DNA of 63,518 nucleotides, counting the filler. It is 5 parts of 5 records of this genome, joined end to end, with 100 filler letters (N's around TTAATTAATTAA, not from the genome) between each part and the next. Parts side by side here need not be neighbours in the genome. Positions count along the whole stretch, not along the records: positions 1 to 15,564 come from SRR31156797_29959; positions 15,665 to 33,440 come from SRR31156797_29969; 3 more parts are not named here. One strand, given 5' to 3'. The notes under the pieces are model-generated. The model saw only the letters and a program-made list of their open reading frames with translations, ran no database searches and was not told the DNA's origin. This document shows positions 11,932-22,056 of this stretch, piece after piece. Numbering within the stretch: position 1 is the first letter of the stretch; every line of letters starts with the position of its first letter. The position numbers and the translations under genes were made by a program.

Positions 11932-12381
11932 ATGGATGAAGTTGACCTTTCAATTTTGGAGCATCTTTGTAGTAATTCAAGGATGCATAGTACAGAAATT
12001 GCAACTGATCTTGAACTTGCAACATCAACGGTGCACAAAAGAATAGAAAAAATGCGTGAAACAGGCGTTATCCGTGAATTTTCTGTTAAGGTAGACACTG
12101 CTGAAGTTGGCCTTAACGTCACCACATTTATAGGGATCAATATTGAGCAGAGTAAAAGGATCAACATAATAAACCGCTTGAAAGGTATTGATGATGTATT
12201 AGAGATCTATGAACTACTTGAGCCATATGATCTGCTTTTGAAAGTAAGGACTTTTGATATTCATTCACTCAAGGAAAATGTTCTTCAGACCATTGCGAAT
12301 ATAGATGGTATCAAGGACTCGCAAAGTATTCTGACAACAAAGTGTCACAAGGAAAGAAGCTGTACAATTCTTAAAAAATAA
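11932..12381 (+). CDS. Lrp/AsnC family transcriptional regulator (likely start MDEVD at 11932)
   Basis: MDEVDLSILEHL..NSR..TEIA..L....STVHKRIEKM...GVI HTH; RAM domain with YDLLLKV. Confidence 0.88.
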   Translation: MDEVDLSILEHLCSNSRMHSTEIATDLELATSTVHKRIEKMRETGVIREFSVKVDTAEVGLNVTTFIGINIEQSKRINIINRLKGIDDVLEIYELLEPYDLLLKVRTFDIHSLKENVLQTIANIDGIKDSQSILTTKCHKERSCTILKK

Positions 12382-12479
12382 CGATTTTGAGCACAGATGC
12401 ATATTATATAATGATTATTCATGAAAGATTCGCGGAACTTTTTTATAGTTATAAGTACGTTTAATTTCTAGGTGACCTT

Positions 12480-12899
12480 ATGAAGAAAGAAGTTATCCAG
12501 GTCGTCTCCAGGGACAATGGGGAATTGACATCAAAGCAAGTAAAGGCTGCGCCATATGAATTCACCATGGCTACAAGGGCTAAATGGGAGATGGTCATAT
12601 CAGATGAAGATGCAGAAATACGGGCTGGCGAGTTCAAAAAGGTTAATGTAAAAGAGATCCAGCTTGATCCTGACATGGTTGCGCTTCCATGTACGTTTAC
12701 TCATCATGCGGTTGTTTCACTCATCAAGGTTGGTGCAAAAGGAGGCGCAAAGCCGGTAGATAGTGAACGTACCATAAATTCGGCTTATGTGATAGGTCAG
12801 GAAAATGGTCGCATAAGGGAAGGTGATCTGCTTGCGGTACTCAACATTTTCCCAATAATGTTCACACGTGAGGCAATGACTCCACGTTCTCTTAGGTAA
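12480..12899 (+). CDS. Conserved archaeal protein, DUF22-like
   Basis: AGGTGA RBS; sequence resembles the DUF22 family from memory only. Confidence 0.55.
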   Translation: MKKEVIQVVSRDNGELTSKQVKAAPYEFTMATRAKWEMVISDEDAEIRAGEFKKVNVKEIQLDPDMVALPCTFTHHAVVSLIKVGAKGGAKPVDSERTINSAYVIGQENGRIREGDLLAVLNIFPIMFTREAMTPRSLR

Positions 12900-12911
12900 A
12901 GGAGGTATTTC

Positions 12912-13418
12912 ATGGAAACTTGTGCAATTTGTGGAGAACTTCAGGATTTTAAACATTTTGAGGGATATAGCATATGTACGACCTGTGCAGACCTAATGGA
13001 GGATGTCATGGGTGAATACTTCCTGCGTACTATATGGAAAAGTGAACCTAAGGCACATGGAGCCTATCTGAATTATCTTAATAATACTACAAAGTATATC
13101 TCTGATTATAAGAAACTGTCACAGAAGTCTGACAAACACATAAGGGACATAAGTGCCCGGGTTTCAGGTGTGCTTGAGAATGGCAAAGATAATCCTCCCA
13201 AGAAAAAGTACCTTGAACATATGCAGAAAGTAGTGAAATGGCTGGAAACCACCCCGCATTTCTATCATTATTATTTTAAGGATTACTATGTGTGTCCTAA
13301 TTGTGGTGCTTCTATCTTCGATAAATACACTCGTGCGGACTCCGGAGGTTGGATGGTTATCTCATGCTCCGAGTGCGATTCTGTCATAAAGAAGTATTTC
13401 TCTCCAAAGATGGTATGA
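12912..13418 (+). CDS. Hypothetical protein with two putative zinc ribbons
   Basis: GGAGGT RBS; CAIC/CTTC at N-terminus and CPNC/CSEC at C-terminus. Confidence 0.7.
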   Translation: METCAICGELQDFKHFEGYSICTTCADLMEDVMGEYFLRTIWKSEPKAHGAYLNYLNNTTKYISDYKKLSQKSDKHIRDISARVSGVLENGKDNPPKKKYLEHMQKVVKWLETTPHFYHYYFKDYYVCPNCGASIFDKYTRADSGGWMVISCSECDSVIKKYFSPKMV

Positions 13419-13695
13419 ATTATTAATTGTTTTTATGACAGTCCTTTTTTTTCTTTTCTTTCTTCTTCTCTATATATTTTTGCCTGGATTTCGGTTTAGC
13501 AGCCACGTAATTGAGACAATTTAAATATGATGAATTATTATCAATAAATAGCCGATACTATCTATTGAAAAATATATCAACAGATATGGTTTACCTATCC
13601 GCATTGGTTTAGATGCGTTTGTATTTGAAGCCTTACACGAAGGTGTTTTATACAAATAGTCTATCTACCCTTAATAACTTTCAGGAGAATAGTTT

Positions 13696-14088
13696 ATGTC
13701 AGGAATAATCGATATTAGTAACATAGCCAATAGTTACATACCGGTTGCAATAATTCTCATTGTGGCACTAGTGATGCCTCCTATAACAATGCTTATCATT
13801 AAATTGTTAAGTCCAAGGAGTAAAGCATCAGCAAAGTACACGACATATGAAGCTGGTTCCTTACCAATAGGCAATGCCAGAATACAGTTCAATGTCGAGT
13901 ACTATCTATATGCCATTGCTTTTGTTCTCTTTGATATTGAAGTCCTTTTCCTTTACCCATGGGCTACGATCTTCAAAGGACATAATATTGATTTTATAGC
14001 AACCGTTGAAATGTTAGTCTTTATTTTTGTTGTATTGTTTGGCTACGTTTATCTGATCAAGAAGGAGGCTCTTAAATGGATGAAATAG
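13696..14088 (+). CDS. fpoA: F420H2:phenazine oxidoreductase subunit A
   Basis: NuoA-like YEAG..., YYLYAIAFVLFDIEVLFLYPWA; first gene of complex-I-like operon in a methanogen. Confidence 0.92.
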   Translation: MSGIIDISNIANSYIPVAIILIVALVMPPITMLIIKLLSPRSKASAKYTTYEAGSLPIGNARIQFNVEYYLYAIAFVLFDIEVLFLYPWATIFKGHNIDFIATVEMLVFIFVVLFGYVYLIKKEALKWMK

Positions 14089-14636
14089 AGCAGACGGATG
14101 TCGAACAAAATGAGATGCTGGACGTTGGATATACTGACGTTCCAGGCACGATGCTTACAGACTCAAATGCGATCTGCGATTTTATTAAGAAAACAAAGGT
14201 CCAGGATGTTCTCAACTGGGGTCGTAAGAACTCTTTATGGTTCATGGTAAATGCAATGGGTTGTTGTGGTGTAGAGCTGCTTGCTACAGGTATGGCTCAC
14301 TATGATACTGATCGTTTCGGTATTATTCCACGTAACTCCCCAAGACACGCCGACGTACTGATCATCAGTGGTTACGTGACAAAGAAGTACCTTCCAGCTC
14401 TGAAAAGGGTATGGGATCAGATGCCTGCACCAAAGTGGGTAATATGCTTCGGTGACTGTGCTATCAGCGGTGGTCCTTTCTACGAATCATACAGTACTCA
14501 TCAGAATGTTGATGATATCTTCCCTGTAGATGTTTTTGTACCAGGATGTCCGCCAAGATGTGAAGCTCTTATTCAGGGATTTGTTGAGCTTCAGAAAAAG
14601 ATCGAAGCAAAGAAGGACAAAGGCACTGATTATTGA
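14076..14636 (+). CDS. fpoB: F420H2 dehydrogenase subunit B
   Basis: NuoB-like GCCGVE, SPRHAD, GDCAISGG, VPGCPP. Confidence 0.93.
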   Translation: MDEIEQTDVEQNEMLDVGYTDVPGTMLTDSNAICDFIKKTKVQDVLNWGRKNSLWFMVNAMGCCGVELLATGMAHYDTDRFGIIPRNSPRHADVLIISGYVTKKYLPALKRVWDQMPAPKWVICFGDCAISGGPFYESYSTHQNVDDIFPVDVFVPGCPPRCEALIQGFVELQKKIEAKKDKGTDY

Positions 14637-14645
14637 GGTGAATTG

Positions 14646-15122
14646 ATGGACGCTAATTCTATAATTTCTTCACTTACAGGCAAGTTCCCTGAAGACATCT
14701 ATGATGCAGATATCGAGTCTGACATAAGGACCGTTGCCAAAGTGAAGCCGGAAAATGTAGTGGAAGTATGCCGCTACCTCAAAGAAGACCTGTCTTTCGG
14801 ACACCTCTGCTGTGAATTCGGAGCAGACTATCCTGACAGGAACGAGATCGAAGTAATATATGTAATAGGTTCCTATGAACACCCGGTAATCCTTACCATG
14901 AAGGCTCTCCTTCCAAGGGATAATCCGGAGGTTGAATCCGTAGTGCCTGTTTACTGGAATGCTAATTGGTACGAAAGAGAAACGTACGAACTGTTTGGTG
15001 TGAAGTACCTTAACCATCCCGACCTTAAACCTCTTGTACTTCCGGAGGATATGCTCGGTGAGTGGCCTTTACGTAAGGACTACGATGGCTTCCCCAACAA
15101 TACAGCCAGGAATTTGGTGTGA
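14646..15122 (+). CDS. fpoC: F420H2 dehydrogenase subunit C
   Basis: NuoC-like ANWYERETYELFG, HPDL, WPLRKDY. Confidence 0.92.
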   Translation: MDANSIISSLTGKFPEDIYDADIESDIRTVAKVKPENVVEVCRYLKEDLSFGHLCCEFGADYPDRNEIEVIYVIGSYEHPVILTMKALLPRDNPEVESVVPVYWNANWYERETYELFGVKYLNHPDLKPLVLPEDMLGEWPLRKDYDGFPNNTARNLV

Positions 15123-15131
15123 GGGTTAAAT

Positions 15132-15564
15132 ATGGATAAAATAGTTGGACCTTCTGAAATGTTAGTGCACCTTGGCCCGCAACACCCCATGATGCCAGGA
15201 CCATTCAGATTGAATGCGAAACTGAGGGGTGAGACTGTTGTGGAGTCTGAAGTTGAGATGGGTTTTATTCACAAAGGTATCGAAAAGATCCTTGAAAGTA
15301 AAACATATCTTCAGGGCATAACCATTGTTGACAGGATATGCTACCTTGCAGCAATGACCAATGAGGAAGCTTATGTTGGTTGTGTTGAGAAGCTTGCAGG
15401 TATAGAAGTGCCTGAAAGAGCACAATACATCCGTGTAATAATGGAAGAGCTCTCAAGGTTACAGAGTCACATTCTCGGAATGGGTGAATATGCATCCTTT
15501 GTCGGTTTTGTGAGTATGTTCATGTATACCATCAGGGACAGGGAAGATGTGATGTCTCTTATTG
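15132..15564 (+). CDS. fpoD: F420H2 dehydrogenase subunit D (3' truncated at contig end)
   Basis: NuoD-like GPQHP, GFIHKGIEK, DRICY. Confidence 0.92.
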
Positions 15565-15664
15565 NNNNNNNNNNNNNNNNNNNNNNNNNNNNNNNNNNNN
15601 NNNNNNNNTTAATTAATTAANNNNNNNNNNNNNNNNNNNNNNNNNNNNNNNNNNNNNNNNNNNN
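15565..15664. other. Artificial contig linker (N-run, TTAATTAATTAA, N-run)
   Basis: 100-nt spacer with stops in all six frames; gene content switches from archaeal to Vibrio-like. Confidence 0.98.
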
Positions 15665-15853
15665 TTGACCTGAACTCGTTGATGAAGCTCTGAATTCTGC
15701 ATCTTGAGGTCACTTAGGTATCACTCGAAGATTAACAAGTAAGAACAATTATGACGATAAAAAATTTTTGTTTTTCTTTTCTATTATTTGCGCCTACCTT
15801 TCGCGTTAAACCAAAGCTACATAAGTAGCCGCTCATATTTACACGAGGTTGAT

Positions 15854-16219
15854 ATGTTTGAGACTGCATTTCGTCTAGGAAAAAAACGTTTTTACGATAC
15901 TAAGAAGTTTCCACGTGGATTCGCAAAATCCGGTGATTTTACCCTTTCAGAAGAAGATATCTTAACGCTATACGGTGAGACTTTATCGGGCCTTGAAGCG
16001 GGTGTTCTTCAACCGGAAAACGCTGAAGAACAACAGTTCTTGAAAGTACTAGAGAACCCTGAATTGGCAGCCAGCAAAATTGAAAAAGCTTGGTTGAAGT
16101 ATGTTCGCCTAGCTCGAGGCCGCAAGCGTTTTCACACGTTGAACGGCCGTAATAAACTTGATGTGTCAGATGACTACAGCGACACTGACGACGAACCTAG
16201 TCTGTCTGAAGAAAGCTAG
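15854..16219 (+). CDS. maoP: MaoP/YifE (DUF413) family protein
   Basis: KRFYDTKKFPRGFAKSGDFT...E..IL..YG; GAGG RBS before ATG 15854. Confidence 0.8.
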   Translation: MFETAFRLGKKRFYDTKKFPRGFAKSGDFTLSEEDILTLYGETLSGLEAGVLQPENAEEQQFLKVLENPELAASKIEKAWLKYVRLARGRKRFHTLNGRNKLDVSDDYSDTDDEPSLSEES

Positions 16220-16242
16220 TTCATTATTGCCAAGTAATTACA

Positions 16243-16266
16243 GCTACGGTGCCAATTGGCACCGTA
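16243..16266. terminator. Hairpin between convergent genes
   Basis: CTACGGTGCCAATTGGCACCGTAG palindrome. Confidence 0.55.
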
Positions 16267-16311
16267 GTATTAGCGTGATGTGACTAACAAATATGGATGA
16301 AAATTTTTCAG

Positions 16312-16563
16312 TCATTTAGACAGCATCGCGACTTTCTTGAGAAAACTCTCTTTCAAGTGCTCTTGGTCATATTCAAGGTGGTATGTGTTGTGAAATCCCA
16401 CTTTGAGTTCCACGCCATTCCCTCTTAAATACACGCTATAACCATCGTAGTCTGAAAAAGCTTCAACACCCTCGTAAATTTTGCCATGCTCGGTCGGCGT
16501 GCCATTTTCCATTATTGCCTCATAAGCATGTAAGATTTTGGTCGGATCAAGTTCGTTTTTCAT
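16312..16563 (-). CDS. Small conserved Vibrio protein (DUF3081-like)
   Basis: AAGGAG RBS before MKNELD; SDYDGY..YL, FHNTYH. Confidence 0.65.
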   Translation of the reverse strand: MKNELDPTKILHAYEAIMENGTPTEHGKIYEGVEAFSDYDGYSVYLRGNGVELKVGFHNTYHLEYDQEHLKESFLKKVAMLSK

Positions 16564-16856
16564 TTTCTTACTCCTTAACCTTACTAGGGTCAGCATAATG
16601 ATGTTAGTGCCCCCAACATCTTAGATACCTTCAGTATGGTTAACGAAGTCCAACATCGCCAATTCGCTCTGTGCAACCCATCATGATCTCACTTAATTTT
16701 AAATGAGAATTTTGTCACCTGTCTTTCATATCGTAAAAGTAGAAATACTAAAATATGCTTTTTCTAGCTGGAAAACTCTCTCAAAATCTAACGTTTCAAC
16801 TACTATTATTAAGAGTTGCTCAAACATTGATACAAAACAATGGCAGTTACACAAAA

Positions 16857-16879
16857 CTTATTTTATAATGCAAATTAAT
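16857..16879 (+). promoter_or_regulatory. Probable NagC operator overlapping a TATAAT -10 element upstream of nagB
   Basis: CTTATTTTATAATGCAAATTAAT resembles enteric nag operators; TATAAT at 16864-16869. Confidence 0.6.
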
Positions 16880-16975
16880 AAGACATCCTGTGGTTCTCAT
16901 AGTTTTTGTTACTTAAATCATTAACTGCGGTACCAAAGGGAAAGAAACATAAAATTCTAACATTAAGGGCGAAAC

Positions 16976-17776
16976 ATGAGACTTATTCCACTGAATAATA
17001 AAGCACAAGTAGGTAAGTGGGCTGCAGCACACATCGTTAAACGCATCAATGCGTTTCAACCGACAGCAGAACGTCCATTCGTTTTGGGACTACCTACTGG
17101 CAGTACGCCACTTGAAACCTACAAAGCACTTATCGAGCTTTATAATGCTGGCGAAGTAAGCTTTAAGCACGTAGTGACATTCAACATGGATGAGTATGTT
17201 GGTCTACCTGCGGATCACCCTGAATCGTACCGTACTTTTATGTACACAAATTTCTTTAATCACGTTGATATTCAAGAAGAAAACATCAACTTACTTGATG
17301 GTACTTCTGATGATCACGACGCGGTATGTCAGCGTTACGAAGAGAAGATCAAGTCTTACGGCAAAATCAACCTGTTTATGGGTGGCGTAGGTAATGATGG
17401 TCATATCGCATTTAACGAGCCTGCTTCATCACTTTCTTCACGCACTCGTATCAAAACATTGACTGAAGATACTCGTATGGCGAACTCTCGCTTCTTTGAT
17501 GGCGATATCAGCCAAGTACCTAAGTACGCACTGACTATCGGTGTGGGTACACTTCTTGATGCTGAAGAAGTTCTTATCCTTGCTACTGGCCATAACAAAG
17601 CACTTGCTGTAGAAGCTGCTGTTGAAGGTTGTGTTAACCACCTATGGACTGTGACTGCCATGCAACTTCATCCAAAAGCTATCATCATTTGTGACGACCC
17701 AGCGACTCAAGAGCTAAAAATGAAAACCGTTCGTTACTTTACAGAATTAGAAGCAGAGAACATCAAAGGTTTCTAA
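16976..17776 (+). CDS. nagB: Glucosamine-6-phosphate deaminase
   Basis: [26 protein letters not shown]; 266 aa. Confidence 0.97.
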   Translation: MRLIPLNNKAQVGKWAAAHIVKRINAFQPTAERPFVLGLPTGSTPLETYKALIELYNAGEVSFKHVVTFNMDEYVGLPADHPESYRTFMYTNFFNHVDIQEENINLLDGTSDDHDAVCQRYEEKIKSYGKINLFMGGVGNDGHIAFNEPASSLSSRTRIKTLTEDTRMANSRFFDGDISQVPKYALTIGVGTLLDAEEVLILATGHNKALAVEAAVEGCVNHLWTVTAMQLHPKAIIICDDPATQELKMKTVRYFTELEAENIKGF

Positions 17777-17789
17777 TCTCGTCAAATAG

Positions 17790-17827
17790 AAAAACCCCTG
17801 AGCCATTTTATGACTCAGGGTTTTTTT
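17790..17827. terminator. Bidirectional rho-independent terminator
   Basis: AAAAACCCCTGAG...CTCAGGGTTTTTTT between convergent genes. Confidence 0.8.
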
Positions 17828-17847
17828 ATTGGATTCCGGCCGAGAAG

Positions 17848-19044
17848 TTAGTGCTTATCCATGGTGGTATTTGTAAAATCTAACGATGAGTCTTTTACTG
17901 GCTTTGCCGCAAAGCTGGATTGGTCATCACTTCTAATATTGCTTTCAAGCTGAGAAATTTGATCATCAATCTCTAACTCTGAAGCGAGTTCTTCAGGTGG
18001 ATTGGTCGCAATTTCGCTGTCATCCAACGCTTCACCTTTATTGGGAACCGGAATTCTACGCTTGTACAACTTGTTCAGTGCTCGAATGATTGAGTGTTTG
18101 TTCACTTTACCACTCGCAATTTTCTTTTGTAATGGTCGGGCAAGAGCCTGAAGACCAACAACAGAGTTAACCCCCATTTTACTGCCCACCTTATCACGCA
18201 GAACTCTTGCTTCTTCATAACCAAAGTAAGCGGACAAGTAGAGCCAAATGTAGGCGACAGAATTACCATTTTCGCCTCTATCAATCCATACTTCTGCAGC
18301 GCGAAACATCGATTCCGGATGACCTTTTTCCGCAGCACGCTCTAACCAATAGCATCCTTTTTCAAAGTTCGCAGGTACACCGACGCCCTTCAAATAGTTA
18401 AGACCGAGATGCATCATCCCCTTCAGGCTATTCAGTTTAGCGGCCTTGGAATACCAGTAGGTAGAATCTCCCGGAGAGGGGGACAAGTTATCGTGAGATA
18501 CGCACCAAGCGCCCATAAAGATGATTGAATCAATATGATCACTCTCAGCCGCCTCTTGTATGAAGCTAATGCCTTTCGCGACATTCACTTCAGTACTGTG
18601 GCCATAAACCAGAGATTTTCCTGTTTCAAACTTTGCAGATAAGTCGCCTTCTAAACCTCGAATAAACTGTTCCCAAAACCGACTCTTCGACCTGAGCACC
18701 ATATCATCACGCATACGGTTACAAATGCGCACGACGCCGTGCATACCCGTAATATTGTCAAGATAGGCTGCTTTTTCATACCAAAACAGTGCTTCGCGCA
18801 GTTTTTTCTTTTCGGCCTCTTTCGCTAGATAAAGAATCGTAGGGATATGACCAGACTCGGCTTGAAACAAACGCTCTCTGCGCTCTTCTTCACGCGAACG
18901 TTCCAGCGCCCTGCGATAGGCTTCTTCACGTTCTTTTTTCTCTAATTCCAAACGTTTTTTCCGGACTGATAACGAAATCATCCAGATAAAAATAAGAATG
19001 AAGGATAGGCCTAACACACCAATGGCCATACCGATAATATTCAT
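17848..19044 (-). CDS. Membrane-anchored Sel1/TPR repeat protein
   Basis: N-terminal TM helix; repeats such as FWYEKAA, YWYSKAA, LGLNYLKGVGV...YWLERAAEKGH. Confidence 0.85.
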   Translation of the reverse strand: MNIIGMAIGVLGLSFILIFIWMISLSVRKKRLELEKKEREEAYRRALERSREEERRERLFQAESGHIPTILYLAKEAEKKKLREALFWYEKAAYLDNITGMHGVVRICNRMRDDMVLRSKSRFWEQFIRGLEGDLSAKFETGKSLVYGHSTEVNVAKGISFIQEAAESDHIDSIIFMGAWCVSHDNLSPSPGDSTYWYSKAAKLNSLKGMMHLGLNYLKGVGVPANFEKGCYWLERAAEKGHPESMFRAAEVWIDRGENGNSVAYIWLYLSAYFGYEEARVLRDKVGSKMGVNSVVGLQALARPLQKKIASGKVNKHSIIRALNKLYKRRIPVPNKGEALDDSEIATNPPEELASELEIDDQISQLESNIRSDDQSSFAAKPVKDSSLDFTNTTMDKH

Positions 19045-19315
19045 ACGATCTCGTTCTAAAATATCCTAATGGATCCTATACACCTTATTTCGGCAGAATC
19101 ACAACTATTTAAAGTAAATAATTCACTTTAGGGATGAAAATGATTAACGATCGAGTACAGATCGTCTAAATACGCTGCTGACAGTGTACCGTATTATCAC
19201 ACGACTACACGTGTTTATAACGACCGAAAGAGTGAAGTGAGAATTTTTATTACATGTTTTTTGAACAGAAATCACACTCAATGAGGCTACAAATATGAAC
19301 CAAAGGTTAAAACCA

Positions 19316-19341
19316 ACAAAGGAGCGTAAACGCTCCTTTGT
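19316..19341 (-). terminator. Terminator after malM
   Basis: ACAAAGGAGCG-TAAA-CGCTCCTTTGT hairpin. Confidence 0.7.
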
Positions 19342-19359
19342 GTGAATTGATCGGGAAAA

Positions 19360-20190
19360 TTACTTCGCATTTACGGCTTTCACAAACGCTTCTTGAGCCC
19401 CTTCAACTCCCAAAGCTTTTGCTTCATCGAGTAAACTTAATGCCTTAGGAATATCACCCGCCTGGACAGCCTTTTCTATAGAGGCATGGTAATAGGACTG
19501 CGTTTCTGGCTGTATTTGTAATTTTTCTTGTACTGCCGTTTCTACATGTTTTTTACCTTGACTAACAGCCCCAGAAACTGAAGTGCTCTTAACTTCAACA
19601 TTAATCAAACCATTAGTTGATACAAAGTAACTTGGATCGGTAACAATCGGCAAAGGATCACCAGTTTGCTCCGCCCTTAGCTTAGCCGGGTGCGGTACTA
19701 CGACTTTTGCTCCTAAGTTGGTCGTATCAGCATAGACGATGAAATAGGGCGTTTTCTTAGCATCTACCGTCAATTGCTTCTCATAACGATTCTTTGCAAA
19801 AGCATCTGAAAATTTAACTTCAAATTCATTCGCACCTATTGTCTCGACAATAGCATAACTTGAGTCCAGTAAAGCGATAGTAGGTTTTAACACTTTCCCT
19901 TGAGCCATAACACTACGAATGGTGATATCAACCATACCTGAACGCTCATTAAACTTGAGACCTGAAAAATAACTTTTGTTTGATTCAAACCTCCAAACAG
20001 GAGAACTCGGGTTAATAGCAAACTCCAAGCTATCATTTAACTCCAAAGGTACCCAAGGTGCTGCAACCAAAGATTCACAGCACAACTCGGCTTGATTCAA
20101 TGTGCTATCCACGTTGTTTTGCAACGGGCTGGTCGAAGAGCAGCCAATTAGACCAATAACTCCGAGTAAAGAAAACCAAGATTTTTTCAT
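19360..20190 (-). CDS. malM: Maltose operon periplasmic protein MalM (lipoprotein)
   Basis: Lipobox LIGC; HPAKLRA...P..TDP, DIPKALSLLDEAKALG; downstream of maltoporin. Confidence 0.85.
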   Translation of the reverse strand: MKKSWFSLLGVIGLIGCSSTSPLQNNVDSTLNQAELCCESLVAAPWVPLELNDSLEFAINPSSPVWRFESNKSYFSGLKFNERSGMVDITIRSVMAQGKVLKPTIALLDSSYAIVETIGANEFEVKFSDAFAKNRYEKQLTVDAKKTPYFIVYADTTNLGAKVVVPHPAKLRAEQTGDPLPIVTDPSYFVSTNGLINVEVKSTSVSGAVSQGKKHVETAVQEKLQIQPETQSYYHASIEKAVQAGDIPKALSLLDEAKALGVEGAQEAFVKAVNAK

Positions 20191-20260
20191 TAATAAGTCC
20201 TCAATAGTGACGACAAAAGGCAGTCATAAGACTGCCTTTAGCTGTTGCATAATTAAAAGG

Positions 20261-21613
20261 TTAGAACCAAATTTCAGCTTCAATACCAAAACGTGTTTCA
20301 TCACTATCTGATGCACCTTTGCTCCACTTGTATGAGTCTTCACTTGAAGTCATGTAAGTTACGTAAGGTTTGATTTGCGGGCGGCCCCAGTAGTCAGCGT
20401 TAACTGTGAACACAGGAGCTAATGTAGCTGCATAGAAATCTGTATCAGCAGATTGACGTCCCCAGTCAGAGGCATTACCTATACTTTCTTGAGCATAAGT
20501 AAGTACTGCTTCCATACGGAAGTTGTCATTCACTTTATATGACGGTGTCAAACCTACGAATAAACGAGATAAACCACCTTGTGAACCCCAAACGTTACCT
20601 TTAGTATCATTCGATAGATCCCAGTAAGTGACTTCTGTACCTAACTGTAGATTTTCCGTTACATTAGCAACACCGTAAGAGGTAATGAAGATTGATTCGT
20701 CATCTTTGTCCCAATCACCATTCCACTGACCAAAGTTGACACCTTTAGTACCAGCAATACCTTTACCGTAAGTAATACCAGTTAATGACCAACCATCAAA
20801 GCCGTAGAAATCACGTGAGTAAGTAATTGCTAAGCCCAGACCATCTTTAGCTGAACTTGCTTCATCAACATTGGTACGAGACATGAGTTTAACATCGAAG
20901 TCAAAACGTCCGCCTAGAGCTTCTGTACCATAGTAATAGAAGTCAACTGACGTCATTGTTGTACTGCTATCATTGCTATCTAGCTTAGTGTTTTTACAGC
21001 TAGTCGCATAATCTTCGCCAGCCCCATTCGCTGTAACACATGAACCTTCACCTGCATCAGCTGAAACAACTGCAACACCCATATCGTTGTATTGGATACC
21101 ACCACCCACACCAGATGACTGTTTCCAGAATTCTTTTGTGATAATACCTGACTGACGATTTAGGTAACGTTTACCAGCCCAAATGCTTAGACCGTCAGTG
21201 AAATAAGAAAGATCACCAAGTTCAACATAAGCTTCTTTAAACTCTAGTTGACCTGTTTCTAAATGACCTTCGTTACCTGAAGACGAAGTATAGAAACCAC
21301 GTCCATTACCGCCTTCATTATTACCATATTCTGTTTTTAGTACGTATTTAGACCACGCACCGCTCTCATAGTTGTCGCCTCGTGTTACAGTGAATTCTAC
21401 TTGGTTAGGGTTACCTGAAAAAGCTGCGCCAGCTGCACGGTAATCACGACGATGATGCCAAGTTTCATCTGTATCTAAAGATTGACCTACGTTGTATAAC
21501 AGGTGACCGTAACCATTTACCTGCCAACCCTGATTTACTTTATCTTCAGCGAGAGCGGAACCCGCTGCTACTGTAGCAGCCACTGCAGCAGCAATTACAC
21601 TTACTTTTTTCAT
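20261..21613 (-). CDS. lamB: LamB-family carbohydrate porin (maltoporin)
   Basis: Signal peptide MKKVSVIAAAV, WAGKRY, YAATLAP, WGRPQI, C-terminal FGIEAEIWF. Confidence 0.85.
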   Translation of the reverse strand: MKKVSVIAAAVAATVAAGSALAEDKVNQGWQVNGYGHLLYNVGQSLDTDETWHHRRDYRAAGAAFSGNPNQVEFTVTRGDNYESGAWSKYVLKTEYGNNEGGNGRGFYTSSSGNEGHLETGQLEFKEAYVELGDLSYFTDGLSIWAGKRYLNRQSGIITKEFWKQSSGVGGGIQYNDMGVAVVSADAGEGSCVTANGAGEDYATSCKNTKLDSNDSSTTMTSVDFYYYGTEALGGRFDFDVKLMSRTNVDEASSAKDGLGLAITYSRDFYGFDGWSLTGITYGKGIAGTKGVNFGQWNGDWDKDDESIFITSYGVANVTENLQLGTEVTYWDLSNDTKGNVWGSQGGLSRLFVGLTPSYKVNDNFRMEAVLTYAQESIGNASDWGRQSADTDFYAATLAPVFTVNADYWGRPQIKPYVTYMTSSEDSYKWSKGASDSDETRFGIEAEIWF

Positions 21614-21796
21614 TATTAACTCCAAATAGGATTTTATTTTAATTTCCTTAATTCTCTTTCTATCTAGAGCCTGGAAAGGCAGAACTAGGCCATAATAAAA
21701 AGAGGTAAGACGGGACTAAGTCCCCAGTTGTTTCAACACGAATTAGATTAATGAAGTTAAGAAAGGGTGACTTCCTCCACCCTAACTTTATTTAGG

Positions 21797-21816
21797 GGGG
21801 ATGATTGGGGATGAGA
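21797..21816 (+). promoter_or_regulatory. Tandem MalT boxes in the lamB/glgX divergent region
   Basis: GGGGATGATT GGGGATGAGA versus MalT consensus GGGGA(T/G)GAGG. Confidence 0.65.
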
Positions 21817-22056
21817 AAATTTAAGGTATGGTGTTTTTGGCACACTGATCACGCATTTTAGGGGGAGTAGTGATCTAAAACTTCCAACTTCTTGGAATAC
21901 AAAATGCATTAGATCACTGTTTGGTGGAAAAGTAGACATAAAATTGTAATGAAATTACAAAATATATTTTATCGTACGATGCTTGACCTAATACCAGCAA
22001 AGTCTTTAACTAAAAGAGTGGGTAAAACTAAACTGACAATAAGAACGAAAAATACG

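Noticed and set aside
15565-15664. Apparent archaeon-to-Vibrio gene transfer junction; TTAATTAATTAA as a biological motif
   Set aside because: The same N-padded all-frame-stop linker occurs four times, so it is an assembly or concatenation artefact
16703-16924. 73-aa ORF upstream of nagB
   Set aside because: Overlaps the AT-rich nagB promoter/operator; no RBS or motif
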